A stretch of 63,090 bases of DNA, filler included, from Eubacteriales bacterium (GCA_045636665.1; 8 parts of 8 records of this genome joined end to end with filler, not necessarily neighbours in it), one strand, 5' to 3'; positions 29,151 through 40,249 are shown, counted from the whole stretch's first letter. The notes: a model not told the origin generated them from the sequence alone. Numbers and translations: made by a program.

Positions 29151-31718
29151 TTACTGCGCGAATTCTACTTCCCAAATACGGTCAAGGGGCGATGAGAAGG
29201 GATTCATCTCGGAATTTTGAGGCATACTTTCGGAAGAAATAACGTTGGAATTATAAGCGTACAGAACGCTTCTTTGATATACGGGAAGCTCGATTGCGAG
29301 GTCGAGGATGTAGCTCATCGCATCCTTGTAAAGCTCGGAACGAACTGCCTTATCGTTGGTTTCGCGCGCTTGGTCAATAAGCTCGCTTAAGTTTTCAAGG
29401 ATTTCGGTTTCTTCTGCAGTGCCGCTTGTCTTTAAGTAGTTATAGCCCCAAGCAAGGGTGCTGGTTGCGGTGGAATCCTTGTGGTAAACCTGATACAAAT
29501 CGGGGTCGAGTGCCGAAGACCATGCAGCTGCCCAAACCTCGAGCGAGCCGGTGTTGATTTTGGTAAGTGCCTGAGTATCGCAAACAACCTCTACGTCCCA
29601 GCCGAGACCGTTAAGAAGCGCTGCCGCATCACGGAATACCTTATAGGTCGGGTGGTCCTGAAGGCTCGAGCCTGCGATGGTGAATTTAACCTTAAGCGCA
29701 GAGTCGCCTGCGCTTACGCCTGCCGCTTGCATATATTTTTCAATGTTCTTAACCGCAATGTCTTCGCTCCAAGCGCCGAGAGGAGGATAATCCTTGCCGT
29801 TGTCGGTGGTGTCAGCTCCCTTGGGGTGAGCCCAGCTTACCTTGGACATAGGCCAGAAGATTTGTTCCGCAGTACCTGCACGGTAGTAGTCGAGTGCGAG
29901 CGAGGTGTTCATCGCGCACATAATCGCTTTACGGAGATTGATGTCGTTAATCTTTGCGGAGTTAACGCCGATATAACCGTAACCGAGCTGATTGGTAGAA
30001 AGAGTTACCATACCCTTGGAAGAAAGGTTTTCGAGCTTTTCGTAGTTTGCGGTGGTAAGTGCGGGAGAGATATAGTGTACGTTGCCCTCTTCAAGCGCGG
30101 CAATTGCGTTGGAGGAGCTTACTACCTGATAGCGGATCTTTTCGATCTTTGCGTTCTGAAGACCTGCGCCAACGGTGTTGAACTGTTCGTTCGCCTTGAA
30201 GTAAACAACGTTGTTTGTATAGAATTCGGTTTCAGCGGGAGTGTCGCTGTTTTGAGCGTTGGTTGCTTTATAAGAGCCTGCGCCCATAGGAAGCTTGATG
30301 TTTCTGGTGGATTGAACGATATCGGTCATAAAGTCGAAGCTTGCAAATTCAACGCCGAATTTGTTGTTCGCGATATCAACGCCGACCTTACTGCCCTCGC
30401 CGTAATAGTGCTGAGGAGCAACGGTGATTGCGAAGTTCCAAATTGCTTTGGGGTCGATACCGTCGATGGTGATACGCAAGATATCATATTCATCGGCATT
30501 AACAACGGTACCGTCTGCATTGTGGGAGGATGCAACCTTATATTCGGTGCCGTTAACGGTTACCGAGGTACCTGCCGCATCGGTGTGACCGAGAGAAACG
30601 ATACCCTTGATGCTTTCAACTGCGAGAGTGCCGTCATCGGAAACGTTTTCGTGAAGGATAACTTCTTTAGCTTTTGCGGTAAATTCGGTGGTAAGGGTTG
30701 CCGCAGTTGCCCAATACTGAAGAATTACGTTAAGCTCTCTTGCAATCTTATCATTATATATATAATCGATTGCCGCTTCCTTGGTGGTTATCGAGGAAGG
30801 ATATGCGGGAGTGAGCTTTTCAATCTTGGTACGGTCGATTTTGCCGTCTGCGCCTTCTGCGTATTTAACCTCAACGTAGCCTTCGGTATACATAAAGCAG
30901 AAGATTTCGTTAGAAAATTCGCTGAAGGATTTATAGGGTTCATCGATATAGGATTCCTGCGCGCCGAGATAGTCGGTTTCAAGTTCTTCCTTGAAAAGCT
31001 TGAGCGCATATTCATAGTCCGCCATAAGGTTTGCGTTGGTAACCGAGTTAACGTCGTTCGAAATAGCGGTTTTATAGCCGTTGCTTAAGTTGTGGGAATT
31101 AATTGCCGCCTTCATTTCGTCATAGCTTACTTCCTTGGTGGAGGATGCTTGAAGCTTGGAATTGAAGAGGTTTACAAGCTCGTTAAGACGCGCCGCTGCA
31201 CGGGAAGATGCTTGCGAGGAAATCAAATCGTCGCTATTGTCGGAGGAAGAACCGACGGTTTGGGTTCTGTATTCCGAAAGACCGATGATATCGGTGGAAT
31301 AAAGGGTGTTCGAGCCGGTATAAACGGGGTCGAGATATACGTAGTAGTTGAAGAGCACGTCTTCCATTGTAAGAGGATGTCCGTCGGAGAATTTGATACC
31401 GTTTTTAAGTACAAAGGTATAAACGGTGTTTTCGCCGTTTTCTACAACGTCGTAATCCTTAACGACAACCGCTTCGTTATCGCCGTATGCTACTTGAATA
31501 TCGCCGTTGTCATATTTCGAGCCGAGCATACCGATTTGAGTCATCGAAACGATGGTACCGTCGGGAGCGGAGGTATAGAAGAAGGGGTTAAACAAGCCGT
31601 CGAGCTGTTCGGTCATAATTACAAACGCATCTGCGCCCGATGAGCTGTCCGAACAGGATGCAAGCGCGCTTACACACATAAACACGCATAGGATAAGTGA
31701 TAAGATTTTTCTTTTCAT
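29151..31718 (-). CDS. oppA: Oligopeptide ABC substrate-binding lipoprotein (family 5), unusually long (855 aa)
   Basis: Lipobox LASC; DGLFNPFF, YTFVLKNGIKFSDGHPLT.EDV.F, GAGSYK, LRKAI, LPVYQR. Confidence 0.88.
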   Translation of the reverse strand: MKRKILSLILCVFMCVSALASCSDSSSGADAFVIMTEQLDGLFNPFFYTSAPDGTIVSMTQIGMLGSKYDNGDIQVAYGDNEAVVVKDYDVVENGENTVYTFVLKNGIKFSDGHPLTMEDVLFNYYVYLDPVYTGSNTLYSTDIIGLSEYRTQTVGSSSDNSDDLISSQASSRAAARLNELVNLFNSKLQASSTKEVSYDEMKAAINSHNLSNGYKTAISNDVNSVTNANLMADYEYALKLFKEELETDYLGAQESYIDEPYKSFSEFSNEIFCFMYTEGYVEVKYAEGADGKIDRTKIEKLTPAYPSSITTKEAAIDYIYNDKIARELNVILQYWATAATLTTEFTAKAKEVILHENVSDDGTLAVESIKGIVSLGHTDAAGTSVTVNGTEYKVASSHNADGTVVNADEYDILRITIDGIDPKAIWNFAITVAPQHYYGEGSKVGVDIANNKFGVEFASFDFMTDIVQSTRNIKLPMGAGSYKATNAQNSDTPAETEFYTNNVVYFKANEQFNTVGAGLQNAKIEKIRYQVVSSSNAIAALEEGNVHYISPALTTANYEKLENLSSKGMVTLSTNQLGYGYIGVNSAKINDINLRKAIMCAMNTSLALDYYRAGTAEQIFWPMSKVSWAHPKGADTTDNGKDYPPLGAWSEDIAVKNIEKYMQAAGVSAGDSALKVKFTIAGSSLQDHPTYKVFRDAAALLNGLGWDVEVVCDTQALTKINTGSLEVWAAAWSSALDPDLYQVYHKDSTATSTLAWGYNYLKTSGTAEETEILENLSELIDQARETNDKAVRSELYKDAMSYILDLAIELPVYQRSVLYAYNSNVISSESMPQNSEMNPFSSPLDRIWEVEFAQ

Positions 31719-31751
31719 ATTAGCACCTTTTTATATTTATTTGATTGTTAA

Positions 31752-33074
31752 CTACTCGTTAAATTCAAGAGTGATCTTGTTACCGTCAACGGTTACGGTG
31801 ATTCTGTCGGGGTTATCGCCGATTACGCTGCAGGTAATTTCGGGGCTTTCGATACATTTATCGTTGCCGCTTCCGCATACCAAACCGATTGAATAATCGT
31901 CAACGCCGAAATAGCAGGAGGAATCGATTTGGATAGAACCGCCGACGATTTTTACGTTTTCGACGGTAGCGTTAGCCGAAACTGTACCCGCGAACAATCC
32001 GTAATTTGCGGGAACACGGGTTCCCGTTTTAATTGTGAAGCAGGTGTTTTCAAAAGTGAGGTCTTTTATTATTGCTTTTTCGGTAAGCTGACCGAAAAGG
32101 CCTGCGTTTGTTTTGGAGTTTTGAGTTTGAGTTACCTCAATATTCTTGAAAACGTGACCGTTGCCGTTGATAGTACCTGCGAAATTGCCGTACATCGACG
32201 AGGTGGGCCAAATTTTGCCCTCAAAATCAAGGTCGTCAAGAATTTCATAGCAACCGGAAGCGTTGAAGTTTTTGATAAACTGTTCTGCGGTAGTGATTCT
32301 GTACCATTCGCCGTCGGTCCAATCGATATAGAGCTTTAACGTAGGGTCGACAGCCGTTCCTGTTGCAAGATCGACTTTACCGGGGTGTTCGACGGTTTCA
32401 CCGACAAGCTCTTTTTGCTTAGCAGAATCGTAATAAGCGGTTTTGTAGGTATATCCCGATTTTTCGGGGAAATCGAACATATCGATCGCGCCGCTTTTTT
32501 CGCTCCATTTAGGAACCTTAATACCTTCCGACGAGGTAGGGTCGTAGGTAAAGGTTTCAAGAAGTTGGTTGGTGGTTAAATCGTAAAATTCGATATTAAA
32601 CAAAGGAACCCAAGCGGCATAAAGAGTCAATAAGGAATTGTTGGAATTATAGTTCTTGTTGGGGTCTATTTCCAAGGTATTCTTTTCGAAATCCCATTTG
32701 CCGGAATAGGTATAGGTAACGTTGCCGCTTTCATCGGTATTTTCTATACGGTCGGTATACCATCCTGCAAGGAAATAGCCGTTTTTTATCGCCTTAAAGG
32801 CATCGTTTCCGCGTTGACTTGCATCGGGCGGCAAAAGTGCGATATCGACGTTTCCGTTGATATTTTTCGGTATATCGTTGACGTTATAGGAATCGACGAT
32901 AACCGAGGTATTCGTTGTGAATAATCCCCCGTTAGCGTCATATTTGACGCTAACGGTATAATTATCTTCGTTGTTTTTTTCATAAGGAGTCACCGAATTT
33001 CCGCAAGCCGTAAAGAATACGGAAATTAACGCAACAGATAAAATCAACAACGATGATTTTATTGCCTTTTTCAT
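31752..33074 (-). CDS. Lipoprotein with InlB-B-like repeats and a GLUG/Zmp-like beta-rich C-terminal domain
   Basis: Lipobox FTAC; YDANGG..GYFLAGWY..LTLYAAW; ITTAEQF..LDF..F.GTINGNGH..I..GLFG. Confidence 0.8.
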   Translation of the reverse strand: MKKAIKSSLLILSVALISVFFTACGNSVTPYEKNNEDNYTVSVKYDANGGLFTTNTSVIVDSYNVNDIPKNINGNVDIALLPPDASQRGNDAFKAIKNGYFLAGWYTDRIENTDESGNVTYTYSGKWDFEKNTLEIDPNKNYNSNNSLLTLYAAWVPLFNIEFYDLTTNQLLETFTYDPTSSEGIKVPKWSEKSGAIDMFDFPEKSGYTYKTAYYDSAKQKELVGETVEHPGKVDLATGTAVDPTLKLYIDWTDGEWYRITTAEQFIKNFNASGCYEILDDLDFEGKIWPTSSMYGNFAGTINGNGHVFKNIEVTQTQNSKTNAGLFGQLTEKAIIKDLTFENTCFTIKTGTRVPANYGLFAGTVSANATVENVKIVGGSIQIDSSCYFGVDDYSIGLVCGSGNDKCIESPEITCSVIGDNPDRITVTVDGNKITLEFNE

Positions 33075-33094
33075 TTTATTATCGGTTTTCCTCC

Positions 33095-36000
33095 TTAATC
33101 TTCATTTTTCTTTTCATTGCGGTTTCTGAAAACTATAAAGCCCACAAACGCAACGATGAATATTCCCAAAATCCACCAAACGGCAGTGCCGCTTTCGGAT
33201 TCAAAGGGTGCTTGCTCTTCTTCGGTAGGTTCAAGCGCGGCGATACGCTGTTCTGCGGTAACGAGAACGTTATAGTTTGAAACCAACGCCATTTGTTCAA
33301 GCGTTGCGATCTTGTCATACGCCGCACGCGCCGCTTCTACGATAGCCTTATCGGCAAGAGTTACTCTTTCGGGGATGAGCTTGATTGCATTGATAGCCGC
33401 AACGGTAATCTTGTCGGGCGCCGCAGGGCCTTCGATTCTGTATCCGAAATACTGATCGCAGATATAGGAATCATATCCCACACCGTTGATGGGGCTGACC
33501 ATTATCGGCTTGGATTCAACGTAGCCGACGTAGTCGATAAAGTTAGCGCCGTAGAATACGTTCGAATACATACCGCCGGTCACGTTCCACATAAAGAACG
33601 GAACGGTTCCGTTACCGATAATTGCAACCTCTTCTCCGTTGGGATCGATATAGCTGCCGTAATCGCCCGAGCCGGGAATGTGCTCCAAGGTATCGTAATA
33701 GGTAGGATCGAATTCTTCTTCGAATATCGGCATATTGTAGCTGCCGAAGATTACGATTTCGAGATCGTTACACAAATAGAACGCCTTGTGTCCTATCGCG
33801 GTGGTGGTATAGGGCATTTTTACTCTTGTTACGTCACTGCCTGCAAATGCCATTGCGGTTATACGGACAGTATCGTCTGCTACGGTAACGTTATCCTTAT
33901 CGATACCTGCATAGGTGATAAGCTCCAAGCCGTTTACGGTTTCGCAGTAAAGCGAGCCGTCGATAACGTGTACGGTGTTGCTTATATCAAAGGTATAAGT
34001 ATCGATTTCAAGCTCGTGACCGTTAATGGTTGTTTTGGTAATGCTCTTGAAGGGCTCTACCTTACACATTGCGAAGGGGTTATCGCCGAGCTTGACAAGC
34101 TTTTCACCGAGCTTAACGGTTACGGCGGTGTATTCTTCCTTCATAAATGCGTTAATGCCAACCTTTACCGCGCCGGTAAGGTCGATTTCGGTAATTGCAA
34201 CGTATGCGAAAGCATAGTCGCCGATATTTTCGGAAGCAGAAAGATTTTCAACCGTTTTAAGCGGATCGCAATATGCGAAAGCGCCTTCGCCGATATCACT
34301 TCCCTCTCCGTTAAGCTTTACGGATTCAAGCAATCTGTTGGAAACGAAAGCATATTCATCAACAAGCTTTGCGCCCGAAATATCGATATTTTCAAGACCG
34401 CATTCCATAAATGCATATTTGCCGATGGTTTCGATTGCGGTAAGATTGATAGTCTTTAAGGAATCACAGCCTGCGAATGCATAAGCGGGGATTTCTTTTA
34501 TTGCTTCTCCGATTTTGATTTCGTTAAGCTGACGGCAATACGAGAAGCTGTATTCGCCAATGCTTTCCGCAGAAGAAATGTCAAGCTTTTCGACCTTGGG
34601 GCCGTGATAGGTATAGATATACATTCCTTCGGGGCTTGTTGCGGCAACCGTCATATTTTCATCAAGGCAAGCATAATAAACGTCGCCCGAGATTGCATAG
34701 TCGCCAAAGGATTTAACCTTGGAAAGGTCAATTTCCTTAAGCGAGGAGTTGTTATAGAACGCCATTTTGCCGATAATTGCGCCTTCACCCAAGGTTATCG
34801 ATTCAAGCTTTGCCGCATTCGAGAATGCGTTTTCGCCGATGTTTGCGTTTTTGCCGATTGTGAGCGAGGTAATAGGCGAGGTGAATTCATACTTGAATAC
34901 CTTTTTGCCGTATTCCTCGGCTTCTACGATTTTAAACGCAAGGTCTTTATTAAGCGAGAATGCATATCTGCCGATTTCAACGTCATCGCCTATAACGATA
35001 GTTGCGAGATTTTGACATTCGCTATATGTACCTTCGGCAACGGTTGCGCCGTTGGGAATATTAACCGAGGTGAGGAAGGTATGCGAGAATGCATATTTGC
35101 CAACGTAGGTTTCGGCGGTTATTTCGGGCATTTCGGAAATACCGCATTCGAAGAAGCCGTATTCACCGATATGAGTAAGCTTGCCGAGCTTTACCGAGGT
35201 AAGATAGGTGTTGGACGCAAGTCCGTAATCACCCACTGCGGTAACGTTGGGAAGATTTACCGAGGTAAGCTTGCGGTTGTGAGAGAACGCGCCCTTACCG
35301 ATTGTAGTAATTTTCGCATTGCCGACATTCGCTTCGGTAAATTCGCCGCCCGTTAAAGGCGAAACTGCAACGAGTTTTGTTCCGTCGGCGGAAAGTATAT
35401 AATCGTAAGCGCCGTTTTTATAAGCCTTGTTGCCGCTTTGGATAGTAAACTCTTTTATCTTTGTATCGCGGAATGCGAAAGAGCCGATATCGTTTACATC
35501 CTTACCGACGGTTACCTTTTCAAGCTGCTTACATTCGTGGAACATACCTTCGGGAAGAACTGCGGAATTAACGGTGAATTCCTTAAGCGATTCACATCCA
35601 GTGAACGCATAAGCGCCGTATTTTACCTTACTTGCTTTAACGTCTACGCTTGCAAGCTTTTTACATCCTGCAAAAGCATACTGACCGACAGAAAGTACGG
35701 ATTCGGGGAGAATAACCTTTTCAAGCTTTTGGTTGCCTGCGAATGCATAGTCGGAGATTACGCAGATAGAGCTCAAATCGAGCGTGCCGCGGAGGTCGCA
35801 GTTTTCGAAAGCGTTTTGGCTGACGATAACAAGATTGTTTTCTCCGCTGAACGTAATCTTTTTAAGAGAAGTACATCCGTAGAACGCGCCGTATTCGATC
35901 GACTCCATTGTGGAGGGAAGAACGATTTCTTCAAGCGCGGTAAGATTTGCGAAAGCATAGCAATTGATTTTCTTTACGCCCTCGGGAATTACAACCTTGG

Positions 36001-39000
36001 TAATGGTGTTATCACCGATGAACCATGCTTTCGAGGTTTCGGCATCGTCAAATTCAAGTTCTTCGGGAGTTTTGAGGATATATTCAAAATTCGAGAACGC
36101 AAACTGACCGATTTCGGTAAGTGAAAGACGCTTGGGAATATCGACCTGACCGCCGAGACCGTAATAGTGTGTAAGGCTGGGACCTGTGGTAATGAAGGGG
36201 TCCTTTACCTCGACCGAAACAGTTTCGGAATAATAGGTGCTTTGACCGTCAAGAAGTACCTTTACGGTAACCGACGCAAAGCCTTCGGCAACAGCGGTTA
36301 CGTTTCCGAGCGCGTCAATCTTAACGATGTTTTCGTTACTTGTTTCAAATTCGAGCGTCGTATCCTTGGGATAGAACGCATCGAGCGAGTAATTAAGACG
36401 TACACATTCAGAGGGATACATCGAAAGGTTATATTTTCCTTCGAAGAAGTTTACGTTGCCGTTTTCACCGATATCTCTTTCGGCATTGTCGATAACGTAA
36501 TACGCTTTGATGGTTTCGTATCCGTCAAGCGTGAATACGTCGACAACCGGCTTATCGTATTTTACATAGCCCTCGTCGTTTTCGTCGAGTACGGTAACCT
36601 TAAAGGTAACGCTCTTGCTGTTTGTGGGGTCTTGCGCTTTGATTATCGCGGTACCGCTCGAAACGGCAACGATTTTGTTGTTAACGATACGCGCAACGCT
36701 CGGCTTTTGCGAGGTATAGTCGAGCAATTCAGCCCATTCGGTATAAGGAAGAACGGTGGGAGAAAGTGTGTAAACCTCGTTGGGGCTCAAAACGATTCCG
36801 TCTTCGAGGTTTTCAAAATAGAAATCGGTGAAATCATCGGGAAGTCCGATTTCATAAGTCGCATAGTTAAGCGCATAGTCGTAAACGGTTACGACGAAGG
36901 AGTTGGGTGTAGACGAATTGTTTTTAATATCGTAAAGATAATCGGTCAATTCATAAGTAACCTTGGTCGTGCTGTTGCGATCGGAATATATGGGGGTCAT
37001 ATACTGCTCGAAAGCAATAAGCTCGGAGGAGGGGTTGCCGTCTGCATCGGTGCCCATTGTTACGTAACCGATCTGAGAGCTCATGGAATAGTGGTTATCG
37101 TAAACCATCACGTCGGCATAAAGACGGTTTTTGTTAAGCGCTTTATCGTACTTGTAATAGTATTCAACGCCTGTAACAGTGGGTGCTTGGAAGTCGATGG
37201 ACATCGGGAATTCAAACACGTTGTTTTCGTTGGTGGTAAGACCGCCGTCGCCGTAATCGACATAGCCTACAAGCTTAACGATATACTCGCTGTTATTTGC
37301 AAGATTGCGGTCGGTTGTATCAAATTCTATTTCGACGTTTGCGGGATAAATCGTAGCGCCGCCGTCACTGTAGGATTTTCTTACGTCGGTTTCGGTACGC
37401 TCGAAGATCACTTCGCCCGTTGTAGCATTTGTAATCGTAATATCGATCTTCGCCGCATTACGCAACATACCTGCCCAAACGAAGCGCAAGGAATGGACAG
37501 AGCCGACTTGGTTGGAAAGCGCGATATAGTTTTCGTTTGCCGAAATTACCATATCCTCGGGGTCTTGAATGAAGTAGTAAGAGCCGAGATAGCTTACGTA
37601 GTCATCGCTTACGCCGCCTACGGGACGGGTGGGATAAGCATCTGCTTTGATTTTATCCTCTTCATCGATACCGTTGTCGAGCTCGTCGGCATTGGTATCG
37701 AAATAGGTAAGGTCAAACAAGGGAGCAACGGTCCAGTCGCCGTAATATGCGAGATAGGGTACGTTAAGGTCGATTTCGGTGCCTTGGGTTGCGGTAAGAG
37801 TGATAAAGCCCTCGACGTACATACCGTTTGCAAACGATTTGTTAAGGTATTCCTTGTCGGAATCGCTGAGTGTTATTGTAACAGTAACGTCAACCGAGCT
37901 GTTTGCGGGAACGGTTACGTTCATATTTTTGAGAGTACCGTTGTTTACGGAAGCGGTAACGGTTGCGCCGTCAAGGATATAAGCTTCCTCGGTAACGGTG
38001 GTTTTACCTGCGTTAGTCTTGGTTTCGCTTACGCCCTCGGTCATTACGTATGCGCCGAGGTCATAGCTTAATACGGTGTCGCCGAAGTTGTTAACGGTAA
38101 ACTTCATTTCGTAAACACCTTTTTTATCTTTATCGTCACCAAGCTCAAGCTTTGATTTATCCATCACCGCGCCGTTTTTGTCATAGGTGGTGATGTATGC
38201 GGTGGTATTTATGGAGTTAAGGAGATTTGCAAGACCCGCGCCCTGCTTTCTTACCGCATAGGGCAAGCCGTTTTTGTTGAGCGCGATATTTGCGGTGGAC
38301 ATAAGAAGCGAGTTGACCATCGCGTTTACTTTTTTGTTATCGTTTGCGATGGAGGGGAATTTTTCGACAACGTACTGTCTTAACAGCACTACAACACCTG
38401 CGAGGTTGGGGCATGCCATCGAGGTACCCGAAAGACGGTCATATCCGCCGCCCGTTACTGCAGAAAGAATGCTTCCGCCGTGCGCGGTGATTTCGGGCTT
38501 GATACGAAGGTCGGGTGTGGGACCCCAAGAGGAGAAGTCGGAAATAAAGGGACCGGAGGTTTGGTTGCGTGCAATTTTAAGAGTACCGTTGGTTGCGGCG
38601 AGCATTTCGCCGTCGTCCTGTGAAATAGAGCAAACCGCAAGAGTAGCGTCGCCGACGTTCATTTTGATGTCGCCCGACACGTTGTTGTAAATAATAATAC
38701 CTGCCGCGCCTTGCTGCTGAGCAATAAGCGCTTTTTCTTCAAAGGTATTCGAGCCGCGGCGTACAAGCGCGATCTTGCCCTTTACGTCAAGGCCGGTATA
38801 GTCGGCGGTACGGCCGACACCGGGGATTACAACGTATTCAATTTCAACCGAATCCTTATCGCCGAGCAGCGTTTCGCAAAAATCGTTTTCTTCGCTTGCG
38901 CCGTCAGAGGATTCGACGAAGTAAATAATCGTATTACCGAAAAGGAGATAAGGAGTTTCGACACCCGCGATAGATGCAACCGACATAACGCCGTCATAGG

Positions 39001-40249
39001 TAGAGGGCGAGCCGACCGTACCCGTATCGGGGTTGGAGGTAAGACCGAGGTTACCGTTTGCTTCCGAGCCGTATGCCGAGCTGTAGCTGTTGGAAGCCGC
39101 AACGATCATGCTTATGCCTGCGTTACGGATTCTGTCGTAAATGCCGTTGAGCTTTTCTTCATCAGACTCGCGAGAGAAGCCGCAAGCGGTACCGAGCGAC
39201 ATATTGATAACGTCGACACCGAGAACAACGCAATCTTCAAGCGCCGAAAGAATCCAAGCCGATCTTGCGGTGTCCATTACGTCGGAGAATATCTTCATCG
39301 AAACGAGCTGAGCGTTGGGAGCAACGCCGCGGATAACGTCATCGTTACCGACGATAACACCCGATACGTGAGTACCGTGGTTGTTATGGGTAGAATAAAC
39401 GTCGCTGTCGTTATCGGCATAGTCGAAGCCGAAGGGAACCTTGTCGTTAATATATACGTCGTCGACGGTAAGGCCGCCGTGCTGCTTATTTGCGGCGGTA
39501 TTGCCGACAAGAGAAGCAACCTGATCGTAAGTAAGACCAAGCTTTTGCGAGGTGAAGTTATCGGGAGAAAACGCAGTGTGATTGGAGTCCAAGCCGGTGT
39601 CAAGAACCGCAACAACGATTCCCGAACCGTCAAAGCCCGCATTCGAGCTATCGAAAATACCGGTATCGAAAACGTTAACCTCGTTTTCAACAAGCTCGGT
39701 CTGTGCGGTTTTAAAGGATTCGCCAACGATAACGTCCATACCGTTGTAGAGGGACATACAAACGTCCTTGAAATCCTTTGCCTTGATAAGCAATTCAAAT
39801 CCGCTTAATACGGTGTAATATTCTTCGCCCTCTTTAAAAGAAACGTTTTTCGAGCGAAGCTCTTTCAACACCTTTGCCTTTTCGCGCGAAACGTCGGATT
39901 TGATTTCGGATACAAGCTCTTTATCCGATGCAAGGTCGGAAATACTTTGTGTCTTGTCACCCTTTTCATAAATATCCATAACGTTTGCCGCATCGACCGT
40001 AACGATAACCGAAATTTCCTCGTTATCGGAGATATGGTCGGGAAGCTTGAACATAACGGAATTATTAAGATAATCCGTATAATCAAACTTCAATTCGTTG
40101 TTTTTGTTGATATAGCCGTTGCCCGATGCCTTTGCGTCGGTATTACCGACAAACATTGCAGGGACGATAACGCTGCCAACCAACAAAACGCAAGCAAGAA
40201 CCGCAGAAAGCACGGTTTTGCAGCTCTTAAAAAGCTCGGTTTTCTTCAT
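33095..40249 (-). CDS. Cell-envelope S8 subtilase (2384 aa) with PA domain, Ig-like domains, BspA-type leucine-rich repeats and C-terminal TM anchor
   Basis: Triad VAVLDTG / HGTHVSG / SGTSMACP; KPEITAHG; PA GKIALVRRG; many IG.YAF..C..L..I repeats; C-terminal hydrophobic helix plus basic tail. Confidence 0.93.
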   Translation of the reverse strand: MKKTELFKSCKTVLSAVLACVLLVGSVIVPAMFVGNTDAKASGNGYINKNNELKFDYTDYLNNSVMFKLPDHISDNEEISVIVTVDAANVMDIYEKGDKTQSISDLASDKELVSEIKSDVSREKAKVLKELRSKNVSFKEGEEYYTVLSGFELLIKAKDFKDVCMSLYNGMDVIVGESFKTAQTELVENEVNVFDTGIFDSSNAGFDGSGIVVAVLDTGLDSNHTAFSPDNFTSQKLGLTYDQVASLVGNTAANKQHGGLTVDDVYINDKVPFGFDYADNDSDVYSTHNNHGTHVSGVIVGNDDVIRGVAPNAQLVSMKIFSDVMDTARSAWILSALEDCVVLGVDVINMSLGTACGFSRESDEEKLNGIYDRIRNAGISMIVAASNSYSSAYGSEANGNLGLTSNPDTGTVGSPSTYDGVMSVASIAGVETPYLLFGNTIIYFVESSDGASEENDFCETLLGDKDSVEIEYVVIPGVGRTADYTGLDVKGKIALVRRGSNTFEEKALIAQQQGAAGIIIYNNVSGDIKMNVGDATLAVCSISQDDGEMLAATNGTLKIARNQTSGPFISDFSSWGPTPDLRIKPEITAHGGSILSAVTGGGYDRLSGTSMACPNLAGVVVLLRQYVVEKFPSIANDNKKVNAMVNSLLMSTANIALNKNGLPYAVRKQGAGLANLLNSINTTAYITTYDKNGAVMDKSKLELGDDKDKKGVYEMKFTVNNFGDTVLSYDLGAYVMTEGVSETKTNAGKTTVTEEAYILDGATVTASVNNGTLKNMNVTVPANSSVDVTVTITLSDSDKEYLNKSFANGMYVEGFITLTATQGTEIDLNVPYLAYYGDWTVAPLFDLTYFDTNADELDNGIDEEDKIKADAYPTRPVGGVSDDYVSYLGSYYFIQDPEDMVISANENYIALSNQVGSVHSLRFVWAGMLRNAAKIDITITNATTGEVIFERTETDVRKSYSDGGATIYPANVEIEFDTTDRNLANNSEYIVKLVGYVDYGDGGLTTNENNVFEFPMSIDFQAPTVTGVEYYYKYDKALNKNRLYADVMVYDNHYSMSSQIGYVTMGTDADGNPSSELIAFEQYMTPIYSDRNSTTKVTYELTDYLYDIKNNSSTPNSFVVTVYDYALNYATYEIGLPDDFTDFYFENLEDGIVLSPNEVYTLSPTVLPYTEWAELLDYTSQKPSVARIVNNKIVAVSSGTAIIKAQDPTNSKSVTFKVTVLDENDEGYVKYDKPVVDVFTLDGYETIKAYYVIDNAERDIGENGNVNFFEGKYNLSMYPSECVRLNYSLDAFYPKDTTLEFETSNENIVKIDALGNVTAVAEGFASVTVKVLLDGQSTYYSETVSVEVKDPFITTGPSLTHYYGLGGQVDIPKRLSLTEIGQFAFSNFEYILKTPEELEFDDAETSKAWFIGDNTITKVVIPEGVKKINCYAFANLTALEEIVLPSTMESIEYGAFYGCTSLKKITFSGENNLVIVSQNAFENCDLRGTLDLSSICVISDYAFAGNQKLEKVILPESVLSVGQYAFAGCKKLASVDVKASKVKYGAYAFTGCESLKEFTVNSAVLPEGMFHECKQLEKVTVGKDVNDIGSFAFRDTKIKEFTIQSGNKAYKNGAYDYILSADGTKLVAVSPLTGGEFTEANVGNAKITTIGKGAFSHNRKLTSVNLPNVTAVGDYGLASNTYLTSVKLGKLTHIGEYGFFECGISEMPEITAETYVGKYAFSHTFLTSVNIPNGATVAEGTYSECQNLATIVIGDDVEIGRYAFSLNKDLAFKIVEAEEYGKKVFKYEFTSPITSLTIGKNANIGENAFSNAAKLESITLGEGAIIGKMAFYNNSSLKEIDLSKVKSFGDYAISGDVYYACLDENMTVAATSPEGMYIYTYHGPKVEKLDISSAESIGEYSFSYCRQLNEIKIGEAIKEIPAYAFAGCDSLKTINLTAIETIGKYAFMECGLENIDISGAKLVDEYAFVSNRLLESVKLNGEGSDIGEGAFAYCDPLKTVENLSASENIGDYAFAYVAITEIDLTGAVKVGINAFMKEEYTAVTVKLGEKLVKLGDNPFAMCKVEPFKSITKTTINGHELEIDTYTFDISNTVHVIDGSLYCETVNGLELITYAGIDKDNVTVADDTVRITAMAFAGSDVTRVKMPYTTTAIGHKAFYLCNDLEIVIFGSYNMPIFEEEFDPTYYDTLEHIPGSGDYGSYIDPNGEEVAIIGNGTVPFFMWNVTGGMYSNVFYGANFIDYVGYVESKPIMVSPINGVGYDSYICDQYFGYRIEGPAAPDKITVAAINAIKLIPERVTLADKAIVEAARAAYDKIATLEQMALVSNYNVLVTAEQRIAALEPTEEEQAPFESESGTAVWWILGIFIVAFVGFIVFRNRNEKKNED

